40,374 nt of DNA, taken from Promethearchaeota archaeon (GTDB taxonomy: Archaea > Asgardarchaeota > Lokiarchaeia > Sigyniarchaeales > SOKP01). The stretch is taken from assembly GCA_018238625.1 (NCBI GenBank), contig JABCSY010000030.1, forward strand, positions 1 to 40,374, written 5' to 3'. The position numbers were made by a program, and so were the translations under genes. The notes beneath the pieces were generated by a model, which saw only the letters and a program-made list of their open reading frames with translations, made no database searches and had not been told where the DNA came from. Of the stretch, positions 29,101 to 38,923 are shown piece by piece (the stretch's first letter is position 1; each line of letters opens with the position of its first letter).

Positions 29101-32100
29101 CGTCTCCTTGATACAACACTACAGATACGTTTATAAAAGCGAAATCAGTTCCAGAAATTGGGTATTTAGAAGAATCAAGCTTGATGTCAACGTCTATGAC
29201 GCCATCGTCGGTAAAATAGATGTGGTCTCCTTCCGATTCTACGTTATTGAGCTGGAAGGTCTCGTACCCAGTGCTTATCCACACGTAAGTGATATCGTTA
29301 TCTACAGGAATGACTTTTAGGTGTAAATCGACCATTCCGTCTTGATCTAACCCGTAGATTGAACCGCCCTCAAGGCCTTCAACAACGAAATTCTCGTGGT
29401 TGTTAAAGTCTTTTACCAGCCAATAATTGCCTTGGTATAGCGTAAAGCTATTAGATAAATCGTCGAAGCCAATAAACCTAATGGTGACGTTCTCGTCTCT
29501 TAGGTTAATCACGTCGAAATAAACATCTGCTAAAGATCCAATCGAATCGAAATCTCCGTATTTGACCCAGTCTGCGGTGGTCGGAGTTTCGTACCTGTAT
29601 TCTAGAGTCACCTTGTCAAAATCGGCATCTATTGAGCTAATACCCATGTTAATTACGTTATTTTCTACCTCGTCGTAAGTCGATCCTAGAACCAAAGAAT
29701 ACTCTCCTCCCGTAATTAGTTCCAGATCGGGACCTTTAACGTCTAAAATAGTCGTCTCGAGCGTATAATTGTACAAATAAAACGGTTCTCCGAAGCTATA
29801 AGACAAGTTAGCTTGGACAACGAAACTAATTTCGTAATTATCGGGCGATAAACCTTTGTTTGAAGCCCAATTTTGTAGCTCAACTAGATCAATTAACCAA
29901 TAATACGAATAAAGGTCGGTGTAGGAAACGCTTTTTAGGTAATCGATATCGTTAGAATAATTCACGTATAAGTTTAAAGAAGATATGTGCCACTCAAATC
30001 CGTCGATTGGAACGACTCCAAGGTTGGAATTGTGGTTTATTCTTCCGTCTTTGTCTAAATAAGTGTAATTTATCAAATCGTGGAAGTGTTCTATGGCAAA
30101 ATAAGTGTTGTAATACTCGTACACCACGTTTTCGTCTACATCTGTCGCTTTACAAACAAAGTACCAACTATTAGAATCAGGAAGGTCTCTCGAATTGAGT
30201 AAATACGAGTAATAAGCCGAATCGAAACTAAAACTGGCGAGGAAGTCCCAATCGGCTTCGGTTTGGGTTTGAAAATCGGGTTGGCTCCTCGATAGGTAAA
30301 ATTCCATCGATTCTACCTCGTTATCGGTTGCGTTTACCTCAAAATTGAGATAGCCACCTATTAATTCTCCTAGAGTAGTAATAAAAGTCCAACCACCTTG
30401 CCCGTCCTCTTTTGCAACTCCCAGAAAAATCGACACGGAGGGGTCTCCCATGTGAGCCTCGATCTCAGCATCTGTAAGGCTGATGTTAAACACAGATATC
30501 TCGTCTATAATCCCGGCAAAACACGAGTAATTAGCGCCTATAGTTAGAGCTCCGCCCGATTTCAGGTAACTTCCGCCGTTCCAAGGTTCACTTATTCCAC
30601 CAAGAGCGTCTCGACACCACATGTCCCCTATTAACACGTCGACATCGCTTTTGTTGTACCTAATCGCTATATAAGTCCATTGATTTAACGGGATGGCGTT
30701 ATCAAAGCCATAAGTCCCCACTGCTTCCGTAGTAGCGTTACTTAAATAAATTTGCACGAAGCCGCTCTCGTTTATCCCAATCTCTATGTTGCCCTCTTTT
30801 GCAAAGAATAGGTTTTTTATACCATTTTCGTTTTGATCAGAGGTCAAGCTCGTTGGGAAGAGCCAACCAGTTACAACAAATTTGTCGTTAGAAGCGCCTA
30901 ATGTAGAGTCTAGAACGTCTCCAAATTGCACGAAATCAAAATTTTGATATTCTGGATCTTGCGATTCTGGAGTAGTCGAATTAAACCTAATCTTCATTCC
31001 ATCTAAATCGGTCTGGGGCAAACTCAACCCAGACCACGTGTAGGTGTTCCATCCTGGGCTTGAAGACATATCCAATTGTTTTTCTCCTAACCAACTTCCA
31101 CAGTATACGTCTACCGTCGAATCTATCGTGGTTTCGTTTCCGTAAATCTTAATCGAAATTTCAGTTACGTTTCCGTCTTGAACGCTAAAGGTACTCATGT
31201 TTAACTCATCAACGATGTAGGACCCTTGAAACATGCTAGAAGTAAATATAAACCCGCTGTTAGTTTCTGGGGCGTTAGATTCTTCTACCTCCTCGTTAAG
31301 TAAACTATAATGATCAACTGGTGCAGATGCATTCCATTGAGAGACAATGTCTTCATTTGGAAGAACGATACTGCTGTTTACTTGTGAACCCGCCCCTGAT
31401 TCTGTGTAATACACTATCATCTCAATGTGGTCGATATAAGCGCTCCGAGCGGTTGAAGTGTCTTTATTATCGACTTGAAATTGGACTCCGAAGGTTCCAC
31501 TATTTATATCTGAAGCGTCTAAACTTGCACCCCAGTTATCTGTTGCCCCACCATAACCCATATATTGATCGCTGGTAGGCCAATACAACACCAGATCGGC
31601 TTTGCTGCTTCCTTGTGTTATCCCACCTAGCACCAAATTCACTGTTCTATCCCTAATTGAATCTGCCGCCGATGCACGTCTATCGATTCGCACGTGAATA
31701 CCGTCAATCGTTGCCGTTGTAGGAACATCAAACCCGAAGTTGGTTACTCGCAAGATATCGCTCCTTTTCCTCTTTGCAATAGAATTAGCGATTGCATACG
31801 TGTTATTTTGCGTTTTTGCGTTATCGGGACTTGTCCAATCGATACCACCATCTTGTACATTTTGCGCAGTTCCAGGGTCGTAATACCCTTCAGAACCTTC
31901 AACTTCACCTACGCCTTCATATTCGTAGGATACATTTGCATACATAGCATAAATCGTAGAGGTGACGTTTTCTTGAACGATTGGTTCTCCCTCTCCATCG
32001 AACTCCAAACCATAATCGTTTTTTCCATCTGTCCAATTCGTATTTCCTTCTAAGGTTCCTTCTAGGCTGTGAATCTCGTCGAAGGTGCTATATCCTAAAT

Positions 32101-35100
32101 TTTCGTCAAATTTTGCCCAGAAATCTAAAGAGCTGGGAGGGGTGTAACTACTGGTGTGAGCCTTTAATAAGTCGTATATGCTGAAGGGCCAATCTGGATA
32201 CAGGTCTTCGTTGACATCTAGGAAGTATCTCCCATTTTCTGCGTCAAATTCAAGTCCTGCGTATTCAACGTAGTTCATTGGGTTATAAAAACCGTCTTCT
32301 GCCCGAGATATTTTAACTAGCATGTTTTGCTCGATCGAGCCGTAAACTTTGTGTTTGTAATAAAAAGTTCCGTCTTTCTTTGTAGTAACAGTTTCTATTT
32401 TTTCGTACCTGTCGTTTTGTTCTACGAACAAATCTAGTTTTTCGGTAGGTAAAGGCTCTCTAATGCTGTTTACTAGCTTTCCATCGAACACGACCGTCCA
32501 AGAGCCGTCGTTTGGGTGTTCAAAAGTGTATACCGCGCCGTAATATTTTGAATCTAACACCTCTTCGAAAATATCGTTTGAGATTACCGTCAAATCGTCT
32601 TTAGCGATCGTTATCTCGTAAACTTCAGGAGTAGAGGTTCTAAAGGAAAAACCAGTGAGAATGGTGTAAGTAATTTTTGCTTCGTAAGTTCCCGGCATAA
32701 GGTTAAGCTCGTTTAAATTGACTTCGGTTATTAACTCGTGAGCTTCTAAAGGTCCGTTTAGGTGGGGAGAAAGCACGTTGTAGGACCTCTTTGCGTAAAA
32801 CCCTTCTATTGGGGGCACATTCTTTGGGATTAATTCCAGCCAAACCCGAGCGGCTTGCCCAAGCAACGGCGATATGTCGCATTTAATTACGAACTTACCG
32901 TTAATCGAAAGCTCTTCTAAGTCGTCTAAGCCCGGAAGGTAATCTAAGCTAGAAAAATCTATCGAGCTCGTAGACAACCTTTCTTCTTGGGAGATATATG
33001 CAAATCCGTACTCTGGGTTTTGAACCGAGTACATTGAGTTAACTCCGAAAGTTATCGGAAATATTACCAGAAAAACTAAAATTAAAAGAGCAGCTCTTTT
33101 GTTTTTGTCGTAAATAACCACTAAATTTTTCTTTGAAGTTCTAATTCCTCTTTCTTTTTGTTTTTGTCTTTTTAATTTGGATACTATCTTGCGAGTTATT
33201 TTTTTGCTCTTAAAAGTAAAGGCAAATATTATTAGCGTTAGCATCGCTGGAGCCGTAATAGTGCTGTAAGGGTCGAAAAAATAAGTCCAGATAAAAACTA
33301 CTCCCAACATTAGCGATAAAACCGTCAATATGGGGAACTTAAACTGGTGATAAAAGATAGTTATAGTTCCGTACCTGAGGCAACCTTTCGAGTTTAGCGG
33401 AATTTTATTGACGTTGATCCTAAGCCGTCTTTTTTTCATGCGATGAGATTGAAACGCGGCTAAAGGAGTGCAAGCAGCTGCCGCAACCATCCACTCGAGA
33501 CTAACGAAAAAAAACACGATGCCAAATAGTATAAGGGGCGATATAAACAAGTAAAAGAGCTTTCTAACTGAAAACACGTAGTTTTCGATGGAAAGGTATA
33601 AAAATATCAAGTAAACGAACACTTGCACGTAGAGAAAACCCGAAATAACTTCTACCGGAAAATTAAAAGTTTCAGGAGAAACAAAAGCCATTAACGATAT
33701 GAAAGTAATCCCAAAAATTGCTAAAAATTTTACCGCGTTAGGCACGATAGATTTTTTAAAAGCGTTCTTAACTCGAGTTTGTACCGCCACAGGTTCTTTA
33801 TTCGCTCGATATTTGCTATACGAACGTCTAACCGTCCTTCCTTTGCTTTTAACGCTTTTTAGAACGGTTCTGCAGGGTTTCTCTTTTCTTGCAAGCTTTC
33901 GAACCTTCTTTTTAAGAATCCTTTTGTTATTAACAATGCGTAAGGCATCTGAACCTCCCGAATAGCCGATACATTCTTTTATTTTATTACGGATCAAAAT
34001 CTGTTTGGTTGACAAGTTATAATCGTTAAAATAAGACTCAAAAACCGCTTTAATAGGTTGTAAATCGCTTTTAGTCAGGCGGGGAAGGCCGTTAGTATTT
34101 TTCGCGATCAAACCTTGTTTTAAGAAGTCCTGCTTTTTAGTTTCTTTTTCCTCTAAGTATTTTTCTAACAATTTATCGTCGTGTTCAATTCTACTCTTAG
34201 GATCGTTGTATGGCAATGGAATTTTACCAGAGTTTAACGGAAACTTTTTGTTTAGCTCGGAAATATTAAGCTTAGCTTGCGCGTCTTTTAACTCCGTTAT
34301 TGGTTGGTTTGAACGCTCGTAAAACTTGATTGTGGCGCTTTTTAAGGTTCTGGAAAATCTTCTATACTCTCTGTTTATTGCTACTCTCTCTTTTATCCCA
34401 GATTCAAAGACACTAGATCGATTTAAACGAGTTCTCGCCTTTTTTATCCTTTTTCTCTGTTTTTTAATGCGTTTCTGCGATCTTTTCTTGGAAGTTTCTT
34501 TAATCTTTGGACTTTTCTTTATTTTTGTTAAAGGCAATTTATCGTCTTTTGAAACGATAGTTCTTGGTTGATCTTCGGTTTTCTCATGGGTTAACTTTTG
34601 AACGATCTCTTCTGAAGGAACGGGTCCTTTGTCTTCAGCGCATTTATCTTCCTCGATTCTTTCTGTAGTCTCATAGTTATTGAACAGGTACGATATATAG
34701 CACACGTCTTGAACGACCTTTTTGCTTTTAACGCACGTAACTTTTTCTAGGTCTTTTTCGGGCGTGTCCTCGTATTCGGCGAAACTAAATTCAATTGGGC
34801 CATTATAGGTACCTCTATAATTGCAGCGAACGCAATCTTTCTTTGAGTTTTCCAAGTAGCGAATAATTTTGTCTAATTTGAACGAAATGTCTTTCCGAGC
34901 TTCTTGAACTTCTCTCTGAAGAGCTCTTTTGTATTTCTCTTCTGAAAGCAATTTTCCGTAATCTTGCTCGTACTTTTCTTTCGAAAAGCGCTTATGTTTT
35001 TGGTCTTTACCTTTTTCTTTTCCTATCATGTTTTTTTCTACTTCCTGTAGATTTTTAGTTAGGGTTAAACCGGTTTTTTTTTTAGATTGAGAATTGTTAA

Positions 35101-35707
35101 AATTATTTGATAAATCTCGAGTTCTTTGCTTTAATTTCTCGAGAAAATCTATCTGAACTTTATCGTAAGGTATTTTTTCCAAGTAGGTTTGGTGAATTTG
35201 CTTTATTTTTAAAAATTCGTTTCTATCTTTTGAAGATTTAACGTACGTAACGTATTGGTTTCTAAGAAACAACCTAAGAGACTTCGCTTCTTCAAAGCGT
35301 TTTTGGTGAGCTTTTTTTTCCCTCTCTCTGGCAGTTTTTTCGCGTAAATAATTAATTAAAGACAGTTGACTTTCTGTTAGCTTGCGACCTTTAATTTCGG
35401 CAAAATAGACGGTAACAACGCTCTCAACTTCCGTTATAGTTAGTTGTATTAGCGTAAGATCTACTTCGAGTTTAGCGAAACGGTCGCGGATAAGGTTTCT
35501 AAGCTCGAGCGTCCTATCGGGCGTTAATTCGCACGTTATAGACCTTTTATAATTCCTGTATTTTACGAAAGGCGAGTCGCTCGACCTAACTATAAGCTCA
35601 GCCGTAGAGCTACCGCATAGAACTTCCTTAAACAAACGATTGTTCGTAGCTACTCGAAATTCTTTAGTTAAACGATTGTTTCTAGCTATTCGAAATTCTT
35701 TAATCAA
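26009..35707 (-). CDS. Giant multi-pass membrane/surface protein: basic N-terminal region, about 6-7 TM helices, LamG-like domain, four copies of a ~150-aa beta-rich repeat, Ig-like stalk; 3' end apparently truncated
   Basis: 3232-aa ORF with AGGAG upstream. LamG motifs FDE..G, GLEFDG, NQWTYIAI.Y, F.G.IDEI.VFN.SL...EI. Repeat W.NP...LR.TNFGF.(V/I)P..ATI.GI...YGG...LWG...ID....YY occurs 4 times. Confidence 0.85.
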   Translation of the reverse strand: MIKEFRIARNNRLTKEFRVATNNRLFKEVLCGSSTAELIVRSSDSPFVKYRNYKRSITCELTPDRTLELRNLIRDRFAKLEVDLTLIQLTITEVESVVTVYFAEIKGRKLTESQLSLINYLREKTAREREKKAHQKRFEEAKSLRLFLRNQYVTYVKSSKDRNEFLKIKQIHQTYLEKIPYDKVQIDFLEKLKQRTRDLSNNFNNSQSKKKTGLTLTKNLQEVEKNMIGKEKGKDQKHKRFSKEKYEQDYGKLLSEEKYKRALQREVQEARKDISFKLDKIIRYLENSKKDCVRCNYRGTYNGPIEFSFAEYEDTPEKDLEKVTCVKSKKVVQDVCYISYLFNNYETTERIEEDKCAEDKGPVPSEEIVQKLTHEKTEDQPRTIVSKDDKLPLTKIKKSPKIKETSKKRSQKRIKKQRKRIKKARTRLNRSSVFESGIKERVAINREYRRFSRTLKSATIKFYERSNQPITELKDAQAKLNISELNKKFPLNSGKIPLPYNDPKSRIEHDDKLLEKYLEEKETKKQDFLKQGLIAKNTNGLPRLTKSDLQPIKAVFESYFNDYNLSTKQILIRNKIKECIGYSGGSDALRIVNNKRILKKKVRKLARKEKPCRTVLKSVKSKGRTVRRSYSKYRANKEPVAVQTRVKNAFKKSIVPNAVKFLAIFGITFISLMAFVSPETFNFPVEVISGFLYVQVFVYLIFLYLSIENYVFSVRKLFYLFISPLILFGIVFFFVSLEWMVAAAACTPLAAFQSHRMKKRRLRINVNKIPLNSKGCLRYGTITIFYHQFKFPILTVLSLMLGVVFIWTYFFDPYSTITAPAMLTLIIFAFTFKSKKITRKIVSKLKRQKQKERGIRTSKKNLVVIYDKNKRAALLILVFLVIFPITFGVNSMYSVQNPEYGFAYISQEERLSTSSIDFSSLDYLPGLDDLEELSINGKFVIKCDISPLLGQAARVWLELIPKNVPPIEGFYAKRSYNVLSPHLNGPLEAHELITEVNLNELNLMPGTYEAKITYTILTGFSFRTSTPEVYEITIAKDDLTVISNDIFEEVLDSKYYGAVYTFEHPNDGSWTVVFDGKLVNSIREPLPTEKLDLFVEQNDRYEKIETVTTKKDGTFYYKHKVYGSIEQNMLVKISRAEDGFYNPMNYVEYAGLEFDAENGRYFLDVNEDLYPDWPFSIYDLLKAHTSSYTPPSSLDFWAKFDENLGYSTFDEIHSLEGTLEGNTNWTDGKNDYGLEFDGEGEPIVQENVTSTIYAMYANVSYEYEGVGEVEGSEGYYDPGTAQNVQDGGIDWTSPDNAKTQNNTYAIANSIAKRKRSDILRVTNFGFDVPTTATIDGIHVRIDRRASAADSIRDRTVNLVLGGITQGSSKADLVLYWPTSDQYMGYGGATDNWGASLDASDINSGTFGVQFQVDNKDTSTARSAYIDHIEMIVYYTESGAGSQVNSSIVLPNEDIVSQWNASAPVDHYSLLNEEVEESNAPETNSGFIFTSSMFQGSYIVDELNMSTFSVQDGNVTEISIKIYGNETTIDSTVDVYCGSWLGEKQLDMSSSPGWNTYTWSGLSLPQTDLDGMKIRFNSTTPESQDPEYQNFDFVQFGDVLDSTLGASNDKFVVTGWLFPTSLTSDQNENGIKNLFFAKEGNIEIGINESGFVQIYLSNATTEAVGTYGFDNAIPLNQWTYIAIRYNKSDVDVLIGDMWCRDALGGISEPWNGGSYLKSGGALTIGANYSCFAGIIDEISVFNISLTDAEIEAHMGDPSVSIFLGVAKEDGQGGWTFITTLGELIGGYLNFEVNATDNEVESMEFYLSRSQPDFQTQTEADWDFLASFSFDSAYYSYLLNSRDLPDSNSWYFVCKATDVDENVVYEYYNTYFAIEHFHDLINYTYLDKDGRINHNSNLGVVPIDGFEWHISSLNLYVNYSNDIDYLKSVSYTDLYSYYWLIDLVELQNWASNKGLSPDNYEISFVVQANLSYSFGEPFYLYNYTLETTILDVKGPDLELITGGEYSLVLGSTYDEVENNVINMGISSIDADFDKVTLEYRYETPTTADWVKYGDFDSIGSLADVYFDVINLRDENVTIRFIGFDDLSNSFTLYQGNYWLVKDFNNHENFVVEGLEGGSIYGLDQDGMVDLHLKVIPVDNDITYVWISTGYETFQLNNVESEGDHIYFTDDGVIDVDIKLDSSKYPISGTDFAFINVSVVLYQGDVRIADKKVVITVITRVFNDIVEISDLVVNITESINNIRMSFVNDNNAYNNSHSIPFVVNNIPPVVKVFNSHGVLVYALDLSANYDYLLTLNLTESQLSSSTNSPQTTSNVDRTAGGGPTDSGWMSPQATTNIDRYLGSFSNEITSSPQTITSVDRSGSVDWVNLNNVQSQNDAYALADMVVSGGSSGIPVIELWTEQGDTDPSAPITLAKPSGVESGDLLLLIAMNDAPDATAFSDNKVGWNFVGTSGNGVSDAHIAVFWRIADGTEGPTETVTSAGEDEWVGYYLRITGADDTNPINVYNFEQSSSVSSSHIIPAITSTVDDCLMLYGLSFDGGDGYTFDVSGTGWSEVDEHQTGTNGANDASGCFGSRELASQGSSGSATVGCSVSDGAAYFQLAIAPSSGASGSAETDYLRATNFGFDVPNGATIEGITVEIDKCTNVTNSVMDYSIQLRDSTGPIGDIKTNASYWNDSDFDYYAVYGGSDFLWGTSWTIAEIESSLFGVDIVADTDTSALASIDHIRIIINYSVSLSGEPWQDPSKTTSQDNDNAYVSFSSITESTSDWLRLTDFGFTIPDATEITGIEIRIDRDSSVSDSIKDAEIYLRKTTGQIGNNLSNGLWWDTTNDNYDLYGGSSELWGASWNYAEINSPDFGIDLFVKYFDAVPVEARIDHLQIKVYYTESPKSQEEWTNPSKVIDQDDDETFVSFNTATETSSDWLRLTNFGFDLPDGATILGIFVEMDRYSTLADSIWDGSVFLRNSLGQLDYDNAMGGYWNSIDNDIYDFYGGPTDLWETTWTVADVNIPNFGVDIFVNSSGLVTTEARIDQVRITIYYSTPSSDVVIVDNKFTVNIPSLPVGEELCSIEEVRVNGTSYDHSYFIDAINGTILITLLAPINLDGSYDSFSPVFMDIGVSTSFHDSDQFIASFDFSQLPQDNYTFVGEFLDITGVISQFTVNTSISIDFHGPQIYSQFTNNCSINPESGSISFVVSDLSGVLSYYFNATIDGYWTLPCEKFKTISPITRRKFPAKWKI
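35634..35705. repeat. Two-copy 36-bp tandem repeat at the giant ORF start
   Basis: aaacgattgttcgtagctactcgaaattctttagtt / aaacgattgtttctagctattcgaaattctttaatc (31/36 identical); encodes KEFR(I/V)A.NNRL twice. Confidence 0.9.
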
Positions 35708-35722
35708 AACGCTCTCCTTTTT

Positions 35723-35926
35723 CTAAACTTTAAAGTTGTTTTTTTGCCTTTTTTCTTCGTCTATTAATATCTTTTCTATCTCTTCGGCGTACCGCGAGCG
35801 ATCCCGAGTGAGCTCCATCCTTCGAAATATAGACTCGAGCTGTCTCTGAGCTATAGGCCTCAAAGATTCGAACTTCACTTCTTGATGGTTTTTCCAGCAA
35901 TTTTCCGATCGCGTAGAAGTTGCCAT
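35723..35926 (-). CDS. Small charged hypothetical protein
   Basis: 67-aa ORF ending 15 nt before the giant ORF; operon-like position. Confidence 0.55.
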   Translation of the reverse strand: MATSTRSENCWKNHQEVKFESLRPIAQRQLESIFRRMELTRDRSRYAEEIEKILIDEEKRQKNNFKV

Positions 35927-36024
35927 TTTTTAGCACCGAGAGATTTTTAGTTAGTTTTTACTTTTTTACTATTTTTTTTAGTTTTTTCTTGAATTTTGGT
36001 TAATATAAATAAAAAAAAAATGAT

Positions 36025-37812
36025 TTAGGGTTTTTTTTCTTTTTTACGCTTAATTATTTGCATCGATATCACTGTACTAGCAACGGCAAAGATCGCGCAC
36101 AAGTCGAACCCTGGGATCGCGGGTTCGGGTAAATCCGGTGGCTCTTCTCCGAAATCTTGAGGGTCGTAGTAAATGGTAAGAGTAGGGTCGTGAACTAGTT
36201 TTTCGCCATTCCACAGGGGATAGTTTTGCGTTTCTATTTTATACAAGTCGTCTGCAATCGTAAAAGTCGGATCAGCTTCCGCAATCTCTTTAATCGTATA
36301 AATTAAGTTTGTGAAAGGGTCGCCAACATTGCCGGTTTGTTCGCTATCTGCCACAAGTAATTTATGTAAGCTCCCGCCAGCAGATTCCATCTCTGTATTT
36401 GTACCCAATTCGGGAAAATCGTATAGCGTGTAATTCTTCTTTGCAGGGTTTATCATGTTAATCTCCGCGACGGTAGACCCGTTCGATTCGAACGTAAAAA
36501 GATCGGAAGGCACGGTTAACTCGACTGGGTCGACCTCGTTGATATCAAAGGACGCAACGAAAAAGTTGTGGTGAGGGAGGCATAATCCCAATCCTTGAAC
36601 CGCGTTGTAAAAGCTCTCGTTACTGATCTTTGATAAACTTAGAGTAAAATCGAGGTCAGCTTGACTCTCAGAAAGGTTGTAATCGAACTGATAATTGAAA
36701 TCGCCAGGAGACATCAAATCGTACGTTGCGTTCGCTTTAGTATAATACTCCACCGATTCGTCTTCAATAATTAAGGCAGAAATCGGAAATTGCGGATATT
36801 CTATGTCCCAAGAAACAACGCTATCGCCAATTAAAGCGGGTGGTGTGAATTGGATAGTAGAAGCGATCTCGTTTACAGTTTTATCAAAAGGGAGGATTCG
36901 GTGTATAGTCTCATTAAATGGTGAAGGATGGGTATACTCGCGATACATCTGGAAATCCCAAGCCAAAGGTCTTAAAAAACCGCTAAACTCGTCGCTAGAG
37001 TATAGATCAAATCCGGACGTAGTAGGGTCAGAAGTCTCGCCCGCAGAATAGATAGCATCATTATCTAAATCTTTGTAAACAATATATTCGTAAAACATTT
37101 CAGCCCAAGCAATCTTATCTTTGTTTGCGGTTGTGTAGACTTGCATTACTAGAATTAACGGAATCGAAAATTCTAATTCTAAAAAATTATACGCGTTATA
37201 GACGGTCGGGTCGGCATCAACCGTCATGTTAAGTACTCCCGTATCGTTATAAGTTTCTGTCCACGAGTCTATGACGTCCCAAGTATTCGTGTCGTACTTA
37301 ACAAATTCGCTTTCAACGTCTTGATAATACTCTTCTACATACGAATAGTCCTTCTCCCATTGTTCATAGAAAGTTTCCATTTCTAACGTACCTTGTTTAA
37401 TAGCTGTCCAGATAAGATCAACGGCGTCTCCGTATTGAACGTCGACACGATACACGTCCAAACTCATGTTAAGATCGATATATCCCTTAATTGTTGTATT
37501 TGAGTAAAAACTATAGTTAGCGTCGTAATAAGTAGTCCTGATTTCTTTCGTCCAAGTGCTTGCTGATTCGTTATAGTAGTGGGAGTTAGTATTAAATACG
37601 TCTGAATAACTGTTCGAATAATTGAATATCTTTGATTCACCCGCCCATGACCGCGCTAAAGAATAGTCGTAGGTAACTTCTTCCCAACTAAAAGTGGGGG
37701 CGCTAGTCTTTGGGTTCGTAGTTGCTCGACCGAGCGAAGTTAATGGGCTTAAGCACGCCGTTAAAAACAAGCTCAACAATAGTACCGATTTATATTTCAT
37801 TTTTATTTTCAT
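36025..37812 (-). CDS. Secreted acidic surface protein with PGF/Loki-CTERM-type sorting signal
   Basis: Signal peptide, many N-x-S/T sequons, HDP motif, Pro-rich linker, AIPGFD + hydrophobic segment + KRKKEKK. Confidence 0.85.
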   Translation of the reverse strand: MKIKMKYKSVLLLSLFLTACLSPLTSLGRATTNPKTSAPTFSWEEVTYDYSLARSWAGESKIFNYSNSYSDVFNTNSHYYNESASTWTKEIRTTYYDANYSFYSNTTIKGYIDLNMSLDVYRVDVQYGDAVDLIWTAIKQGTLEMETFYEQWEKDYSYVEEYYQDVESEFVKYDTNTWDVIDSWTETYNDTGVLNMTVDADPTVYNAYNFLELEFSIPLILVMQVYTTANKDKIAWAEMFYEYIVYKDLDNDAIYSAGETSDPTTSGFDLYSSDEFSGFLRPLAWDFQMYREYTHPSPFNETIHRILPFDKTVNEIASTIQFTPPALIGDSVVSWDIEYPQFPISALIIEDESVEYYTKANATYDLMSPGDFNYQFDYNLSESQADLDFTLSLSKISNESFYNAVQGLGLCLPHHNFFVASFDINEVDPVELTVPSDLFTFESNGSTVAEINMINPAKKNYTLYDFPELGTNTEMESAGGSLHKLLVADSEQTGNVGDPFTNLIYTIKEIAEADPTFTIADDLYKIETQNYPLWNGEKLVHDPTLTIYYDPQDFGEEPPDLPEPAIPGFDLCAIFAVASTVISMQIIKRKKEKKP

Positions 37813-38038
37813 TATTATTTCGTCTTTTTTTTAATTCTTTTTTTTGTATATTGGTTCAGAACAGGTAATACACGGCTTATTCGAGCTATTTTTCGTTATC
37901 ATCGCCATATATTTCTATTCTAAATGACTCCACCTAAAACGCCTAAACCTTCGGTTATATGTAATACGTTTGCAATGTGGAGGCAAGAATTTTTGTTATT
38001 TTTTATTTTAACAACAATTCTTATTCTAGAAAAGGTAA

Positions 38039-38127
38039 TATTTAAAGGTTTTGCAAAAATATTCCGAAAAAAATCGGAGTCGTCAGATCCATTCCAAAAA
38101 ATATCGGAATTCCGAAAAGGCTCGGAA
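38039..38127 (-). promoter_or_regulatory. TATA-like box with three upstream palindromic operators TTCCGA-N6-TCGGAA
   Basis: TTTAAATA (minus, 38046-38039). Palindromes at 38062-38079 (TTCCGA..TCGGAG), 38092-38109 (TTCCAA..TCGGAA) and 38110-38127 (perfect). Confidence 0.65.
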
Positions 38128-38923
38128 TTGGATTTTCACTATTCTACACATTATAAATGGGCTGATCTTTGAAACCGTGTGCTATTTTTGACTAATGATA
38201 TTCAAATTGACAAATTTGTTATTAAAAAATTCAAATAGTTTAGGAGAAATTAGATTGAAAATGTTGTTAGGAATAACAGTACTGCACTCTTGAACGATGA
38301 CCATTTTTTTTAATCGCTAACTTTTTTTAGTATTTTTTTCGAAGAACTTTTTACAATTTTACTTAGAAAATTAAGATGGGGTGAGGTCTTTTTAAAGGTA
38401 TTGAAACATTTCAAAAAATGAACTCTTTTTATTAGGTAATAGAAATGAAAATTTTTTAGATATACAAAAAGATGAACAAATTTTAGGACGTAATCGTAAA
38501 AGAAAATTCTACCACAAACTACCCAAAAACTATCTTTCAAAACAAAGGAACTCTATCGTTTTTCATCGATTTTAATTGAAGTCTAAATGGAGAACTCTTA
38601 GAAGAATCGATTCTTTTGCGAACGGGTTTTAAATGTGCGAATCAAACTTTTCGATCAAATTTGGGTTTTTGCGATTGTTTAAGATTTTTTGAAGCTTTTT
38701 CCCCAGTTGTAATAAGAACAAGGTTTTTCCATGGTAGAAAAAGCGAAAGTCGACCTAATAAATTGCTAGACCGTTTTAGATTTGAGAATTTTTAACGATT
38801 ATTTTTGCTGCGAATTATAGAATTAAGTCGGATTTTAGTCGAAATAAAAAAGAAGAAATCAAAAATTAATAGTTTTTATCCGTAATTAAAAAACATTTTA
38901 ATCTTTTAACGACCTCCCAAGCA

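Noticed and set aside
35634-35705. CRISPR array
   Set aside because: Two directly abutting coding repeats with no spacers and no cas genes in the window.
730-38540. Short ORF-track entries antisense to or overlapping long genes (e.g. 730-1065, 998-1444, 7761-7973, 22947-23335, 31694-32053, 35730-35936, 37924-38172, 38310-38540)
   Set aside because: Shadow ORFs or AT-rich intergenic frames without recognisable motifs.
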